From Planctomycetota bacterium (GTDB lineage Bacteria; Planctomycetota; PLA2; JAEUHO01), in assembly GCA_050248855.1 (NCBI GenBank), contig JBFWRP010000010.1, positions 32,001-96,000 of the forward strand: a stretch of 64,000 nt of DNA, in the 5' to 3' direction. Below are positions 45,009 through 54,585 of this stretch, in pieces. The stretch's first letter is position 1, and each line of letters opens with the position of its first letter. The translations under genes and the position numbers were made by a program. Under the pieces are notes generated by a model, which saw only the letters and a program-made list of their open reading frames with translations, searched no databases and was not told the DNA's origin.

Positions 45009-46535
45009 TCATCGGACGGTCAGTGAGCGGTCGCCCGGGTCCGGGCTACCCCGCCCTCCCGAGGCGCCACCGCCCCGGGCATCCACGGCCAGTCGCTCCC
45101 CCCTGAAGCGGAACCAGACGCGGTTCGTCGTGATCTCGGCGACCTCGATCTCCTCGTTGGTGACGAGCTTGTCGCCCGGTCGGTAGGACCGACCGTTGAT
45201 GTTGGCCAGGCTCCGCTCGGGAGCCGCGTCGTGGACGATGGCCCCGCTGATGTCGAAGCGGAACGCCGACCAGTCTTGCAGGTTCTTCGCGCGGTCCAGG
45301 AGGCGCGCGACCTGGGCGATCACCGGCCCGGCAGCCGGCTGCACCTCGCGGCGCTCGAGGAAGCCCTTCCAGAAGTGGCCGCGGTCGAGGAGCTCCTTGT
45401 AGCGGGCATCCGCCAGCAGCTTCTCCATCTTGGCCAGCTCCGCCTCGGCGAAGCTGCGCGTGACGATCAGCTCGCGACCGGGCTGCTGCTTCAGCTCCCG
45501 GCTGGCGCGGTCGCGCAGGTTGCTCATCCGGTCGACGAGGTCGGGCAGGCGCACGCTGTTGGAGCCGGCCACGGAGGCCACCGAGAGCAGCAGGTCGTTG
45601 GCCGCGTCCGTGATGCGCGTCCGCGCATGGTCGGCGCGCAGCACGTCACCCGACTCCGTGAGCGCCCGCTCTTGCTCGAGCAGCTCCTCGATGGACCGCC
45701 ACGAAGCCTCGAGCGGGAGGACCTGGTCCTCCTGCCGGCGGCGTTCGGCCTCGGCGTCCACGCTCTCCTTGGGCGTCGCCTGCTCACGCGGGTCGACGAG
45801 CGGGTCGCGACGGCTCTCCGAGTTGGCCAACACGTAGGTCTTGGCCTTCTCGGGCCGGAACTCGGCGATGCGCTTGCGCAAGCCGGGCTCGAGCAGGCGG
45901 CGCTCGGCACCCGGGATGGTGATCCCGCGCGGGCTCGCCTTGGTCGGCTCGTAGAAGTACGTCTCCATGTGCAGGTCGAGGCTGTGCTCGACGGCGGGCG
46001 CTTCCTCGGTCTCGGCCGCGGCGTCGGACTTGCCCGTGGGCTTGACCGGCTGACCCGCCGTGATCTGGAAGCCCTTGATGGCGATCAGGCGCGGGTCGTT
46101 CTCGACCAGGTTCAGGAACGCCAGGATCTCCTGGGCCGTCCCGCGGGCCTTCAGCTGGTTGCGGGTCACGAACACGCCGCTGGCCAGCTCGCTCGGCTCC
46201 GGGCGGTTCTGCGGCAGCTCCTCGAAGGAGAGACCGGCCTTGGCCATGAAGCCCGAGAGACCATCGTGGAAGTCCGCGATGTTCTGCTCGGTCGGGAGCA
46301 CCGCGAGCTCCTGCTCTTCGACGGCGCGGTAGACGAGCACGTCGTCTTCGCGCTGCGGGATCTTGCCGATCTCGACGTCGGCGGCGTGGATGCGCTGGTC
46401 GAGCCCGGCGATCTCGCCCTCGAGCTCTTCGATGGTCCCGCGGTCCATGATGATCAGGGCCACGAGGCCGCCTACGAGCAGCACCGAGGCGCCGATCGTG
46501 AGGAACAGCCGTTGGCGTTCGCTGAGGTTCTTCAC
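45009..46535 (-). CDS. pilO: PilO-like protein with long C-terminal extension (PilP/GspC-HR-like end)
   Basis: TM, coiled coil, VLPTEQNIADF, FLNLVENDPRLI; RRDPL; terminal ANINGRSYRPGD...VAEITTNRV; GTG start. Confidence 0.7.
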   Translation of the reverse strand: MKNLSERQRLFLTIGASVLLVGGLVALIIMDRGTIEELEGEIAGLDQRIHAADVEIGKIPQREDDVLVYRAVEEQELAVLPTEQNIADFHDGLSGFMAKAGLSFEELPQNRPEPSELASGVFVTRNQLKARGTAQEILAFLNLVENDPRLIAIKGFQITAGQPVKPTGKSDAAAETEEAPAVEHSLDLHMETYFYEPTKASPRGITIPGAERRLLEPGLRKRIAEFRPEKAKTYVLANSESRRDPLVDPREQATPKESVDAEAERRRQEDQVLPLEASWRSIEELLEQERALTESGDVLRADHARTRITDAANDLLLSVASVAGSNSVRLPDLVDRMSNLRDRASRELKQQPGRELIVTRSFAEAELAKMEKLLADARYKELLDRGHFWKGFLERREVQPAAGPVIAQVARLLDRAKNLQDWSAFRFDISGAIVHDAAPERSLANINGRSYRPGDKLVTNEEIEVAEITTNRVWFRFRGERLAVDARGGGASGGRGSPDPGDRSLTVR

Positions 46536-46545
46536 GACGCGCTCC

Positions 46546-47373
46546 CTACTTGCCCTGCTCGCGTGCACCATCGTCACGCGGGTCGCTGCGCTCGCTGAAC
46601 GAGAAGTCCTCGTCGAAGAGCGCAGCCTCGATTTCGGCGATGTCCTGCTCACGCGAGGTCGGCGACTTCGCGTCCAGCTTGATCGGGTTCAGCATCATGC
46701 CCAGCTTGAAGGCGCCCTTGTACGGCGGGATCAGGTTCTGGTCACCGCTGCCGCGCTGCATCACGATGCTGGGGTTGTCGATGTGCTGGAAGTCGGAGAA
46801 GAAGGCCGTGGGCCCGTTGTCGCGCGCCCCGGTGATGGCCGTGTGGAAGGCGGCCATCACGCTGAGCGCCTGCGTGTCGTCGTCCATCGCCAAGTAGCCC
46901 GTGCAGTCGAGCTTGCCCGCCGACTCGGGTTGGCCCTTGGCACCCTTGCCACGCCCACGGCTCTTGCCGGCCATCTTGCCGACCTGACGCGGGACGTTGA
47001 TGCTGTCGAGCCAAGCCACGAGCTGGTGCTCGCGCCCGTGCGACGTGACGATGTCGAAGAACTGGTCCAGCTTGCGCGACCACAGCGTGCGGCTGCGGTT
47101 GATCGTCTGGATGGCCACGCGGCGCTTGACGTAGACGTCGATCTCCTTCTGCAAGGAGAGGGAGACGTCCCGCAGGCGCTCCTTGGCCACGGCCTCGCCC
47201 TGGCGCGTGTCGCGCAAGTCGCGGGTGTTGGCCAGCTGGATGAAGTGCGTGTAGGCGTACACGCCACCGGCACTCAGGACGGCCACGAGGCCGATCAGGA
47301 CGGCGGCGAAGCGCGCGACCGGCGTGCCGGTGCGCGGGCGGTACTCGGGCGGCAGCAGGTTGACGTGGATCAT
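46546..47373 (-). CDS. pilN: Type IV pilus assembly protein PilN
   Basis: N-terminal VNLLP motif, TM, coiled coil; ATGA-coupled to pilM. Confidence 0.85.
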   Translation of the reverse strand: MIHVNLLPPEYRPRTGTPVARFAAVLIGLVAVLSAGGVYAYTHFIQLANTRDLRDTRQGEAVAKERLRDVSLSLQKEIDVYVKRRVAIQTINRSRTLWSRKLDQFFDIVTSHGREHQLVAWLDSINVPRQVGKMAGKSRGRGKGAKGQPESAGKLDCTGYLAMDDDTQALSVMAAFHTAITGARDNGPTAFFSDFQHIDNPSIVMQRGSGDQNLIPPYKGAFKLGMMLNPIKLDAKSPTSREQDIAEIEAALFDEDFSFSERSDPRDDGAREQGK

Positions 47374-48398
47374 CGGGCGTCCTTCCGGATGCGCGCCGCG
47401 AGACCCACGGCGACAGCGAGCTCGGGGATGCGGTCGTGGAGCGCCTCGACGTTCACGGAGCCGCTGGCGATCGGGAGGTCACCCGTCGGGTCCCAGGCCA
47501 GGGTCGGCCGGCCGAAGATGCGCCCGAGGTCGTCCTCGAGGCCACCCAGGCGCGAGCCGCCGCCGGACAGCAGCACCTCGTCGATCCCCATCTCGAACTG
47601 GTTCTCGAAGTACTCGAAGCTCAGGCGGACCTCGGCAGCAAGGTCGTCGATGGCCGGCGCGACGGCATGGCGCAGTCGCTCCGCCTCCCCGCCGGGGTTG
47701 CACTTGAGGACTTCGGCCTCGGAGTCGTGCAGCGCAAGCCGCGACGCGACGGCCTGCGTGATCGCATCGCCGCCCGTGTGGATCTCGCGCGTGAACAGGC
47801 TGGTGGCGTTGCGCACCAGGTTGACGGAGGTCTTGCTGGCGCCGATGTCCACGAGCGCGGTGACGGTCGGCGCGCTGCCCGGACGACGCACGGCCGTTTC
47901 GAAGGCGTTGCCCAGCGCGAACACGTCCACGTCCACGGCGACGGGCTGGAGGCCGACCTCGGCGAGGGTGCGCATCTGCTCGTCGATCACCGCACGCTTG
48001 CAGGCCACGAGGAGGACGCGCGTCTCGTTGTCGGCCAGGTCGCCGATCCCGTCGCTGTCGAAGGGGTGGCAGTCGAGGATGACGTCCTCGACGTCGAACG
48101 GGATGTACTTGTCGGCCTCGAAGCGGATGGCGCTCTTCAAGTCCTCGCGGCTCATCTTGAGCATCGTGAGGTAGCGCACGATCACGCTCTTGCCGCTGAC
48201 GGAAGTGACGACCTCCCGCGTGTGGAACGAGCTCTCCTGGAGCAGGCGCAGCACCGTTTCGGGCACGGCCTGCGGGCTCGGAAGGGGCGCGTAGCCGAAG
48301 CCGGTGATCACCGGCGCCCCGGAGGCCCAGCTCATTTCCACCGCCTTCACGGCGCGCGTGCCGATGTCGAGCCCGATGAGGGTCTTTCGCCGTCGCAT
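47370..48398 (-). CDS. pilM: Type IV pilus assembly protein PilM
   Basis: IGLDIGTRAVK, EADKYIPFD, LVDIGA, LSGGGS, LAVAVGLA. Confidence 0.93.
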   Translation of the reverse strand: MRRRKTLIGLDIGTRAVKAVEMSWASGAPVITGFGYAPLPSPQAVPETVLRLLQESSFHTREVVTSVSGKSVIVRYLTMLKMSREDLKSAIRFEADKYIPFDVEDVILDCHPFDSDGIGDLADNETRVLLVACKRAVIDEQMRTLAEVGLQPVAVDVDVFALGNAFETAVRRPGSAPTVTALVDIGASKTSVNLVRNATSLFTREIHTGGDAITQAVASRLALHDSEAEVLKCNPGGEAERLRHAVAPAIDDLAAEVRLSFEYFENQFEMGIDEVLLSGGGSRLGGLEDDLGRIFGRPTLAWDPTGDLPIASGSVNVEALHDRIPELAVAVGLAARIRKDAR

Positions 48399-48603
48399 GA
48401 AGGGACTCCCTGGTTCGTCCGCCGGCCGGGAGGCCGGGCCCGGATCCCTTTCGACGCGTCGGTGCCCGGACCTTGAGGAGCACCCGACAGCCGCAAACGC
48501 GGCCTTGCGCACGACGAGCCCGCTGTCGACCGCCGCCGCCGCGTCCCGGGAGATCGCCCGCGGGCCCGGAAGTCAGGGCGCCCGCGCGGGCGTGCCTGCG
48601 GCT

Positions 48604-50352
48604 CTAGCCGCGTCCCACCGGCTGGACACGGGCCTTGAGGAGCGCCTCCACGTCGTCGGCCGTGGTCTGCCGGAGGCAGGCCGCAGCCAGGGAGCGGGCA
48701 TCGCGAGCCGTCAGGGAACGCAGCAGGCGGCGGGCCCGGGGCAGGTAGCCCGGCGTCAGGCTGAACGCGCGGACCCCCATGCCGAACAGGAGGACGGTGT
48801 AGATGCTCTGACCGCCCATCTCGCCGCACATCGTGACGGGCGTGCGATGGACGGCCGCGGCATCGAGGATCGTGCGGATCATCCGCAGCAAGGCCGGATG
48901 GGACGGCCGGAACCAGCGGGCGACGGCCGGGTTGAGGCGGTCGACCGCCAGCCCGTACTGGATCAGGTCGTTGGTGCCGATCGAGAGGAAGTCCGCCTCC
49001 TTGGCCAGGAGGTCGGCGATGAGGGCCGCCGCCGGGATCTCGACCATGACCCCGAGCGGCGGGTCGGGTCGGTGGGCCACACCTTCGCGAGCCAGCTCGG
49101 CGCTGGCGGCGGCCAATGCCCGCCGCGCCAGGCGGAGCTCCTCGAGCCCCCCCACCATGGGCAGCATGATGCGCACGTCCCCCTCCGCCGCGACGCGCAA
49201 CAGGGCGCGCAGCTGGGCCCGGAAGGGCTCGGGGTGGGCGAAGCACCAGCGCAGCGAGCGCTCCCCCAGCGCCGAGTTGGGCTCGAAGCGCCGGTTCGGC
49301 ACCTCCGGTTTGTCGCTGCCGAAGTCGTAGGTCCGGATCGTCAGCGCCCCTCCGCGGAGGCGCTCGAGCGTCCACCGGAACGTCTCCAGCTGCTCCTCCT
49401 CGGTGGGCAAGCGGCCGCGCTCGTCCACCAGGAACTCGGTGCGGTAGAGGCCCACGCCCTCCGCGCCGCGAGCCACACCCGCCTCCACGTCGGGGCGGAA
49501 CTCGACATTGGCCAGCAGGGACGCGCGGTAGCCGTCGAGCGTCTCCGCCGGGAGGTTGCTCTCGCGCAACAGGGCCGCTTCGAGCCGGTCGTAGCGCTCG
49601 CCGAGGCCGCGCGCGCGCTCGAGCATCTCGGCGTCCGGCGCGATCACGACCAGGCCTTCGCTGCCGTCCACCCAGATGCGGTCGCCTGGATGGACGGCGC
49701 GCGTCACGCCCATGACGCCGACCACGCACGGGATGCCGAGCGACTTCGCGATCAGCACGCTGTGGCTGGTCGGGCCGCCGTACTCGAGGACCATGGCGGC
49801 GATCTCGCGTCCCTCGAACGCCGCCACCTCGCTCGGCGTGAGCGTGCTCGCCACGACGACGACGGGGCCCAACGGCGCCGCCGCCAGATCGGGCGTCTCG
49901 TGGGACAGGCTGCCCAGCGCCCGCAGCAGGCGACGCTCGATGTCGACGATGTCCTGCGCACGCTGCGCGAACACGGGGTTCGGCAGGGCCTCGAGGCGCT
50001 CGCGGATGGCATGCAGCACCATGGCCACCGCATGCTCGGCCGCGTTGCCCTCCTGGACCGCGGCGCGCAGGCGCGGGGCGGCGTCGTTGAGCATCGCCGC
50101 GTGCGCCTCGAAGATCCCGCTCACGAGGCCGGCTTGGCCTTCCATCGAAGCCTGTAGACCTTCGAGCTGCGCCAGCGCCTCTTCCAAGGCTGCGTCCAGG
50201 CGAGCCAGCTCCGCCGGGACGTCGTCCGCGCCCACGCCCCCGGCCGGCGCGCGCACGTCGGGCACCTCCTCGAACAGCAGCGCGTACCCCACGCGCGAGC
50301 CGCCCGACACGGGCAAGCCACGAAGCTCGGTCATGGGACGGGGCGCCGGCAC
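48604..50352 (-). CDS. ptsI: PTS enzyme I (PEP-protein phosphotransferase)
   Basis: GGPTSHS, GVGLYRTEF, GVMVEIP, SIGTNDLIQY, MCGEM; start 50352 or 50334. Confidence 0.95.
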   Translation of the reverse strand: MPAPRPMTELRGLPVSGGSRVGYALLFEEVPDVRAPAGGVGADDVPAELARLDAALEEALAQLEGLQASMEGQAGLVSGIFEAHAAMLNDAAPRLRAAVQEGNAAEHAVAMVLHAIRERLEALPNPVFAQRAQDIVDIERRLLRALGSLSHETPDLAAAPLGPVVVVASTLTPSEVAAFEGREIAAMVLEYGGPTSHSVLIAKSLGIPCVVGVMGVTRAVHPGDRIWVDGSEGLVVIAPDAEMLERARGLGERYDRLEAALLRESNLPAETLDGYRASLLANVEFRPDVEAGVARGAEGVGLYRTEFLVDERGRLPTEEEQLETFRWTLERLRGGALTIRTYDFGSDKPEVPNRRFEPNSALGERSLRWCFAHPEPFRAQLRALLRVAAEGDVRIMLPMVGGLEELRLARRALAAASAELAREGVAHRPDPPLGVMVEIPAAALIADLLAKEADFLSIGTNDLIQYGLAVDRLNPAVARWFRPSHPALLRMIRTILDAAAVHRTPVTMCGEMGGQSIYTVLLFGMGVRAFSLTPGYLPRARRLLRSLTARDARSLAAACLRQTTADDVEALLKARVQPVGRG

Positions 50353-50427
50353 GACGCAGGAATCCTACGGGCCCCGGATGAGGGAACTCGTAAGCGTTCA
50401 GCCCATGGGCCGAACGCTCACGGGAGC

Positions 50428-50772
50428 TCACTCCATGCCGAACGACGAACGGAAGAGAGCCTCGAGGGCTGCAGCCGCTTCGCTCGCGTCGGCGCCGGTG
50501 GCGATGACGTCCAGCTGGGCGCCCTGGGCTGCGCCGAGGACGATCACGTCCAGGATGCTCTTGGCGTCCACGCGCGTGCCGATCTCGCTGGCACGACCGG
50601 AGCCGGCGTCGACGAGCACGAGCTCGATCTCGCACTGGAACTGACGCGCCCGCGCCGCGAGGACGCTGGCCGGTCGGGCGTGCAGCCCCGGCGGGTTGAG
50701 CACCTGCACGCGGCGCACGACAGGCTCGTTGGTCGTCTCCAGACCGTCGTCGATCATCGGCTCGCCCTGCAT
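50428..50772 (-). CDS. ptsH: Phosphocarrier protein HPr/NPr
   Basis: GLHARPAS, VDAKSIL, ATGADA. Confidence 0.92.
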   Translation of the reverse strand: MQGEPMIDDGLETTNEPVVRRVQVLNPPGLHARPASVLAARARQFQCEIELVLVDAGSGRASEIGTRVDAKSILDVIVLGAAQGAQLDVIATGADASEAAAALEALFRSSFGME

Positions 50773-50946
50773 GGGTCCTCGTCGGTCGTCGCGGGCGCCC
50801 AGCACACGCGGCCTACGACGCGAGCCCATCCTACCGTGGAGATCCCGCGGCTCGGGAAGCTCCGCTCCCGCTCGCGTGCGCGGCCTGCCTGGGCAGGGCG
50901 GGCCGAAGGGCACCTCGGGGGCCGAGCTGCCTTCGTGCCCGGCCTC

Positions 50947-51429
50947 TCACGCCCAGGTCTCTTCCAGGAAGGCATGGATGCGCTCGGCCGTGCCCTGGCG
51001 GCGCAACGCCCGGATCTCGACCACATCGCGAGCGACGCGAGCGACGCGGCTGGCTACGCCGAGGTACTCCTCGGGGGAGTTGCTGACGATCAGGAACGCG
51101 ACGTGGACCGGCTCGCCGTCGGTGGACTCCCAGTCCACGCCGCCTTCGGCGAGGCCCACGGCGATCAGGGTCTCGTCCACGTGGGGACAGGCCCGTGCGT
51201 GCGGCATGGCCACCCCCCCGCCGATGCCCGTCGTGCCCTCCTGCTCGCGAGCCAGCACGCGGCCGATCACGTCGTCGGCGGCGGCCGCGTCCAAGGCGCC
51301 GCTGGCCTGGAAGCGCCCCACCAGCTCGCGCACGACCGCTTCACGGGTCGCACCCTCGAGCCCGGAGACGCAGTGCTCGACGCGGCAGTACTGGATCACG
51401 TTGCGGGTCACGTTGGGGGTCACGCTCAC
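50947..51429 (-). CDS. PTS EIIA component (fructose/nitrogen type)
   Basis: AREQEGTTGIGGGVAMPHAR, VDWESTDGEPV; located in the rpoN cluster. Confidence 0.9.
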   Translation of the reverse strand: MSVTPNVTRNVIQYCRVEHCVSGLEGATREAVVRELVGRFQASGALDAAAADDVIGRVLAREQEGTTGIGGGVAMPHARACPHVDETLIAVGLAEGGVDWESTDGEPVHVAFLIVSNSPEEYLGVASRVARVARDVVEIRALRRQGTAERIHAFLEETWA

Positions 51430-51556
51430 GGACGGGGTCTCCCAGGCCGGCGACGGGCTGTCGCCGACGACGACAGGGGGAGCCTACAACCGATCTCCCC
51501 CCATGCCCCGCTGCCCCACGGACCTTGCGGCCAGGACGCGGGCAGGGGCAGGCGGC

Positions 51557-51592
51557 GGCCACGTGCAGGAGGGGCCACGTGCAGGAGGGGCC
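51557..51592. repeat. 16-bp perfect tandem duplication between hpf and EIIA
   Basis: GGCCACGTGCAGGAGG twice, followed by GGCC. Confidence 0.85.
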
Positions 51593-51601
51593 GGGCGCGC
51601 C

Positions 51602-52024
51602 CTACTCGACGGGGGGCGCCTCGCCCCGACGCATCCGGTCGACGACCTCCTCGTAGGTCCACTCGCGCTCCGCGCCGGTTGCCTCGGGGGCGGGCGCTTC
51701 GGCCCCCTCCGTCTCCTGCCACTTCTCGCCGCGGTGGTGATCGCGCAGGCGGCTCTTGTAGCGGCGCAGCTGCTGCGCCAGCTTCTGCTCCGCCAGGTCG
51801 CAGGCGGCGTACATGTCGGGGGCGCCCGCCTTGCCGACCAGCGTGACGCCACGGCTGACCTCGAGGGCCATCTCGACCATCTGTTCCTGGTGGTCCACGT
51901 CCATCGTCACGCGGGCCGTCGTCACGCGATCGAAGTACTTGAGCAGCTTCTCGACCTTCGCGCGTGCGTACTCCTTCATGCTGTCGGTCACACCGACGTG
52001 ACGGCCTGTGATGAGGATCTTCAT
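51602..52024 (-). CDS. hpf: Ribosome hibernation promoting factor (RaiA/HPF)
   Basis: MKILITGRHVGVTDSMKEYARAK, DMYAACD, QLRRYK; GGAG SD. Confidence 0.93.
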   Translation of the reverse strand: MKILITGRHVGVTDSMKEYARAKVEKLLKYFDRVTTARVTMDVDHQEQMVEMALEVSRGVTLVGKAGAPDMYAACDLAEQKLAQQLRRYKSRLRDHHRGEKWQETEGAEAPAPEATGAEREWTYEEVVDRMRRGEAPPVE

Positions 52025-52962
52025 GAGGGTCTCCTCGGGACGGGGGAGGCCCCGGTCACGCCCCCTTCGGGCGCAGACGGCGAGGACTCCGGGGACGAGG
52101 GGAATGCGCCCGCCGCTGCACCGCCAGGGCGCCACGCCGCGGCGAGATGGGCAGGCAGCTCCGGGGGCGGGTCGCCCGCCACGGCGACGGCCATGAGCGT
52201 GAGGCCGTCGGCGGGCGTCGCGGGCCCGGCGGCACGGCGATCGCGGGCGGCGAGCACGGCGCGCATCACCGCAGCCGGGTCGTTCGCGGCGGCCGCTCGC
52301 CACGCCGTGCCCACGATGGTGCGAACCATCTTCCAGAGGAAGCCGTCGCCCACGACATCGAGCGCGAGGTAGGGCGCACCCTGCGACCACGCCTCGTCAC
52401 CCTGGGCCGTTCCGGCGTGCCACGTGACGGCGTGGAGCGTGCGCACGGTCGCGCCCGGTGTGGAGCCCAGGTTGGCGAACGAAGCGAAGTCGTGGCGGCC
52501 GCGGAGCGGGTCCACGGCGGCTTGCAGCGCCCCCCGGGCAGGCGCGTGGCGCCGACGCCACGCGCGCGAGCCCGCGAGCGGCTGGCGACGACGACTGACG
52601 AGCACGCGGTAACGATACCACTTCCACAGCGCATCGCGCTGGGCGTGGAAGACCGGGGCCGCGTCGGCCACCTGGACCACGGAGACGTCCTCCGGGAGCA
52701 GGGCCTCCAACGCCCGTTCGATGTCCTCTACGGAGAGCTCCGTCCGCGTGCGGAGGGACGAGACGTGGTGCCACGCATGTGTCCCCGCGTCCGTCCGGCC
52801 GCAGCCGACGACGCTGACGGCCTCGCCGACCAGGTGCGCCAGCGCCTCTTCCACCACGCCCTGGACGGTCCGCTGCCCCGGTTGGCGTTGCCACCCGGCG
52901 AAGTCCGTGCCCGACCACGAGAGGTCCAGACGCAGGGTGCGCAGGCGGGGGTCGGAGGTCAC
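52021..52962 (-). CDS. truA: tRNA pseudouridine(38-40) synthase
   Basis: FAGWQRQ, GCGRTDAGTHA, HDFASF, GFLWKMVR. Confidence 0.93.
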   Translation of the reverse strand: MTSDPRLRTLRLDLSWSGTDFAGWQRQPGQRTVQGVVEEALAHLVGEAVSVVGCGRTDAGTHAWHHVSSLRTRTELSVEDIERALEALLPEDVSVVQVADAAPVFHAQRDALWKWYRYRVLVSRRRQPLAGSRAWRRRHAPARGALQAAVDPLRGRHDFASFANLGSTPGATVRTLHAVTWHAGTAQGDEAWSQGAPYLALDVVGDGFLWKMVRTIVGTAWRAAAANDPAAVMRAVLAARDRRAAGPATPADGLTLMAVAVAGDPPPELPAHLAAAWRPGGAAAGAFPSSPESSPSAPEGGVTGASPVPRRPS

Positions 52963-54419
52963 GTCCAGACGCGTCGCTGGCGCGACGACGGGATGCCCAT
53001 GGCCTTGCGGTACTTCGTGACCGTGCGGCGCGCGATGTCCAAGCCGTGCTCCTCCTTGAGGCGCTCGGCGACGGCGTCATCGGACAGCGGGTCGGCCTTG
53101 TCCTCGTCGTCGATGATCTGGCGGACGCGCTCCTTGACGCTGAGCCGCGACTCGACGCCGCCATCCTCGTTCTCGGTTCCCCCGGTGAAGAAGAACTTGA
53201 GCGGCACGATGCCGCGGGGCGTCTGCGCGTACTTGTCGCTGATCGCGCGACTCACCGTGCTCACGTGGATGCCCAGGGCGTCGGCGACTTCCTGCATCTT
53301 GAGGGGGCGCAGGTGGCTCACGCCGTACTCGAGGAAGTCCTGCTGGCGACCGACGATCTCGCAGGCCACGCGTTCGAGCGTGCTCTGGCGTTGCGCGATG
53401 GCCTCGATGAGCCAGCGGGCCGACTCGATCTTGCGCTTCAAGTGCTCGCGCAGGCTGGGATCGCCGCGAGCCTCCTTGAGCATCCGCCGCACGTCGCGCG
53501 ACAGACCCACCCGCGGCAAGCTGTCGTTGACGAGGCGCACGACGTACTCGCCGTCTTCCCACTCGATCACGACATCCGGACGGATGTAGGGCACCGGGTG
53601 CTCGTCGTAGGCGGCACCGGGGCGCGCCGTGAGATGCGCGAGCCCCTGCACGAGGTCGTTCAGGTCGGCGATGTCGAGGCCCATGGCGCGCGCGATACGG
53701 GGCCGCTTGTTGCGGACGAGGTCATCGAAGTGGTCGCGCAGCAAGACGCGCTTGAGACCGATCTGGGGGTCCTCGGGGTCCAGCTGCAGCAGGAGGCACT
53801 CGGCCAGGTCGCGCGCCCCGACACCACGAGGTTCCAAGCGTTGCACGACGGCCAGGGCGCGCTCGAGGACGTCGAGCGGCGCGGGGTCGTCCATGCCGGC
53901 GGCCACGTCCTCGAGCGGGCCGTCGAGCCGCCCGGCGTCGTCGAGGCTGTAGACGATCGCCTCCGCCGCGGCGCGTACGTCGGGCTCGAGGTTGATCTCG
54001 TCGAGCTGCCGGCGCAGGTGGTCGGCCAAGCCGGCCCCAACGTCCGCGGCGTTCTGCATGGCCTCGAGCTTGCGGTCGCTGGCTTCCTCCGCGGCCGCGC
54101 GGCTCATGCGCCCCAGACCGTCGCCCCGACCGCCGACCAGGTCATCGAGTCGCTCGAGCACGTTTTCCGCGTCGTGCACGAGCCCATCGTCATGTTCGTT
54201 GTCGTCGCTGGGCGGGGCCTCGGGCGAACCCAAGAGCTCGCTGGCGCCGTCCGGCGCCGGTTCGAGCACCTCGAGCGCTTCGTTCTCCTGGAGCTCGTTC
54301 TCGATCAGCTCGCGCAGGTCCAGGGCGGGCAGCTGCAGGATCTCGATGCTCTGGATGATCTGCGGCGCAAGCCGCATCTCCTGCTTCAGCCTGAGGTTGA
54401 GCCCGAGCTCGAGTCGCAT
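52959..54419 (-). CDS. rpoN: RNA polymerase sigma-54 factor
   Basis: QSIEILQLP, GVGARDLAECLLLQ, HVSTVSRA, RpoN box ARRTVTKYR. Confidence 0.98.
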   Translation of the reverse strand: MRLELGLNLRLKQEMRLAPQIIQSIEILQLPALDLRELIENELQENEALEVLEPAPDGASELLGSPEAPPSDDNEHDDGLVHDAENVLERLDDLVGGRGDGLGRMSRAAAEEASDRKLEAMQNAADVGAGLADHLRRQLDEINLEPDVRAAAEAIVYSLDDAGRLDGPLEDVAAGMDDPAPLDVLERALAVVQRLEPRGVGARDLAECLLLQLDPEDPQIGLKRVLLRDHFDDLVRNKRPRIARAMGLDIADLNDLVQGLAHLTARPGAAYDEHPVPYIRPDVVIEWEDGEYVVRLVNDSLPRVGLSRDVRRMLKEARGDPSLREHLKRKIESARWLIEAIAQRQSTLERVACEIVGRQQDFLEYGVSHLRPLKMQEVADALGIHVSTVSRAISDKYAQTPRGIVPLKFFFTGGTENEDGGVESRLSVKERVRQIIDDEDKADPLSDDAVAERLKEEHGLDIARRTVTKYRKAMGIPSSRQRRVWT

Positions 54420-54497
54420 CGCCGCGTGGATTCCCTGGGTGCCACGCCAGTCTACCCCTCACGGGGCCCCTGGGACAATCGGGCGCGCGCCTTCGTC

Positions 54498-54547
54498 AAG
54501 CGTGCGGAACTGCTCATCGCGCGCAGCCATGAAGCGTGCGGAACTGC
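54498..54547. repeat. 16-bp direct repeat upstream of rpoN
   Basis: AAGCGTGCGGAACTGC at 54498-54513 and 54532-54547. Confidence 0.8.
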
Positions 54548-54585
54548 ACGATCCGTGCACGCCGGCGTCGCGACCCGACGCACCG

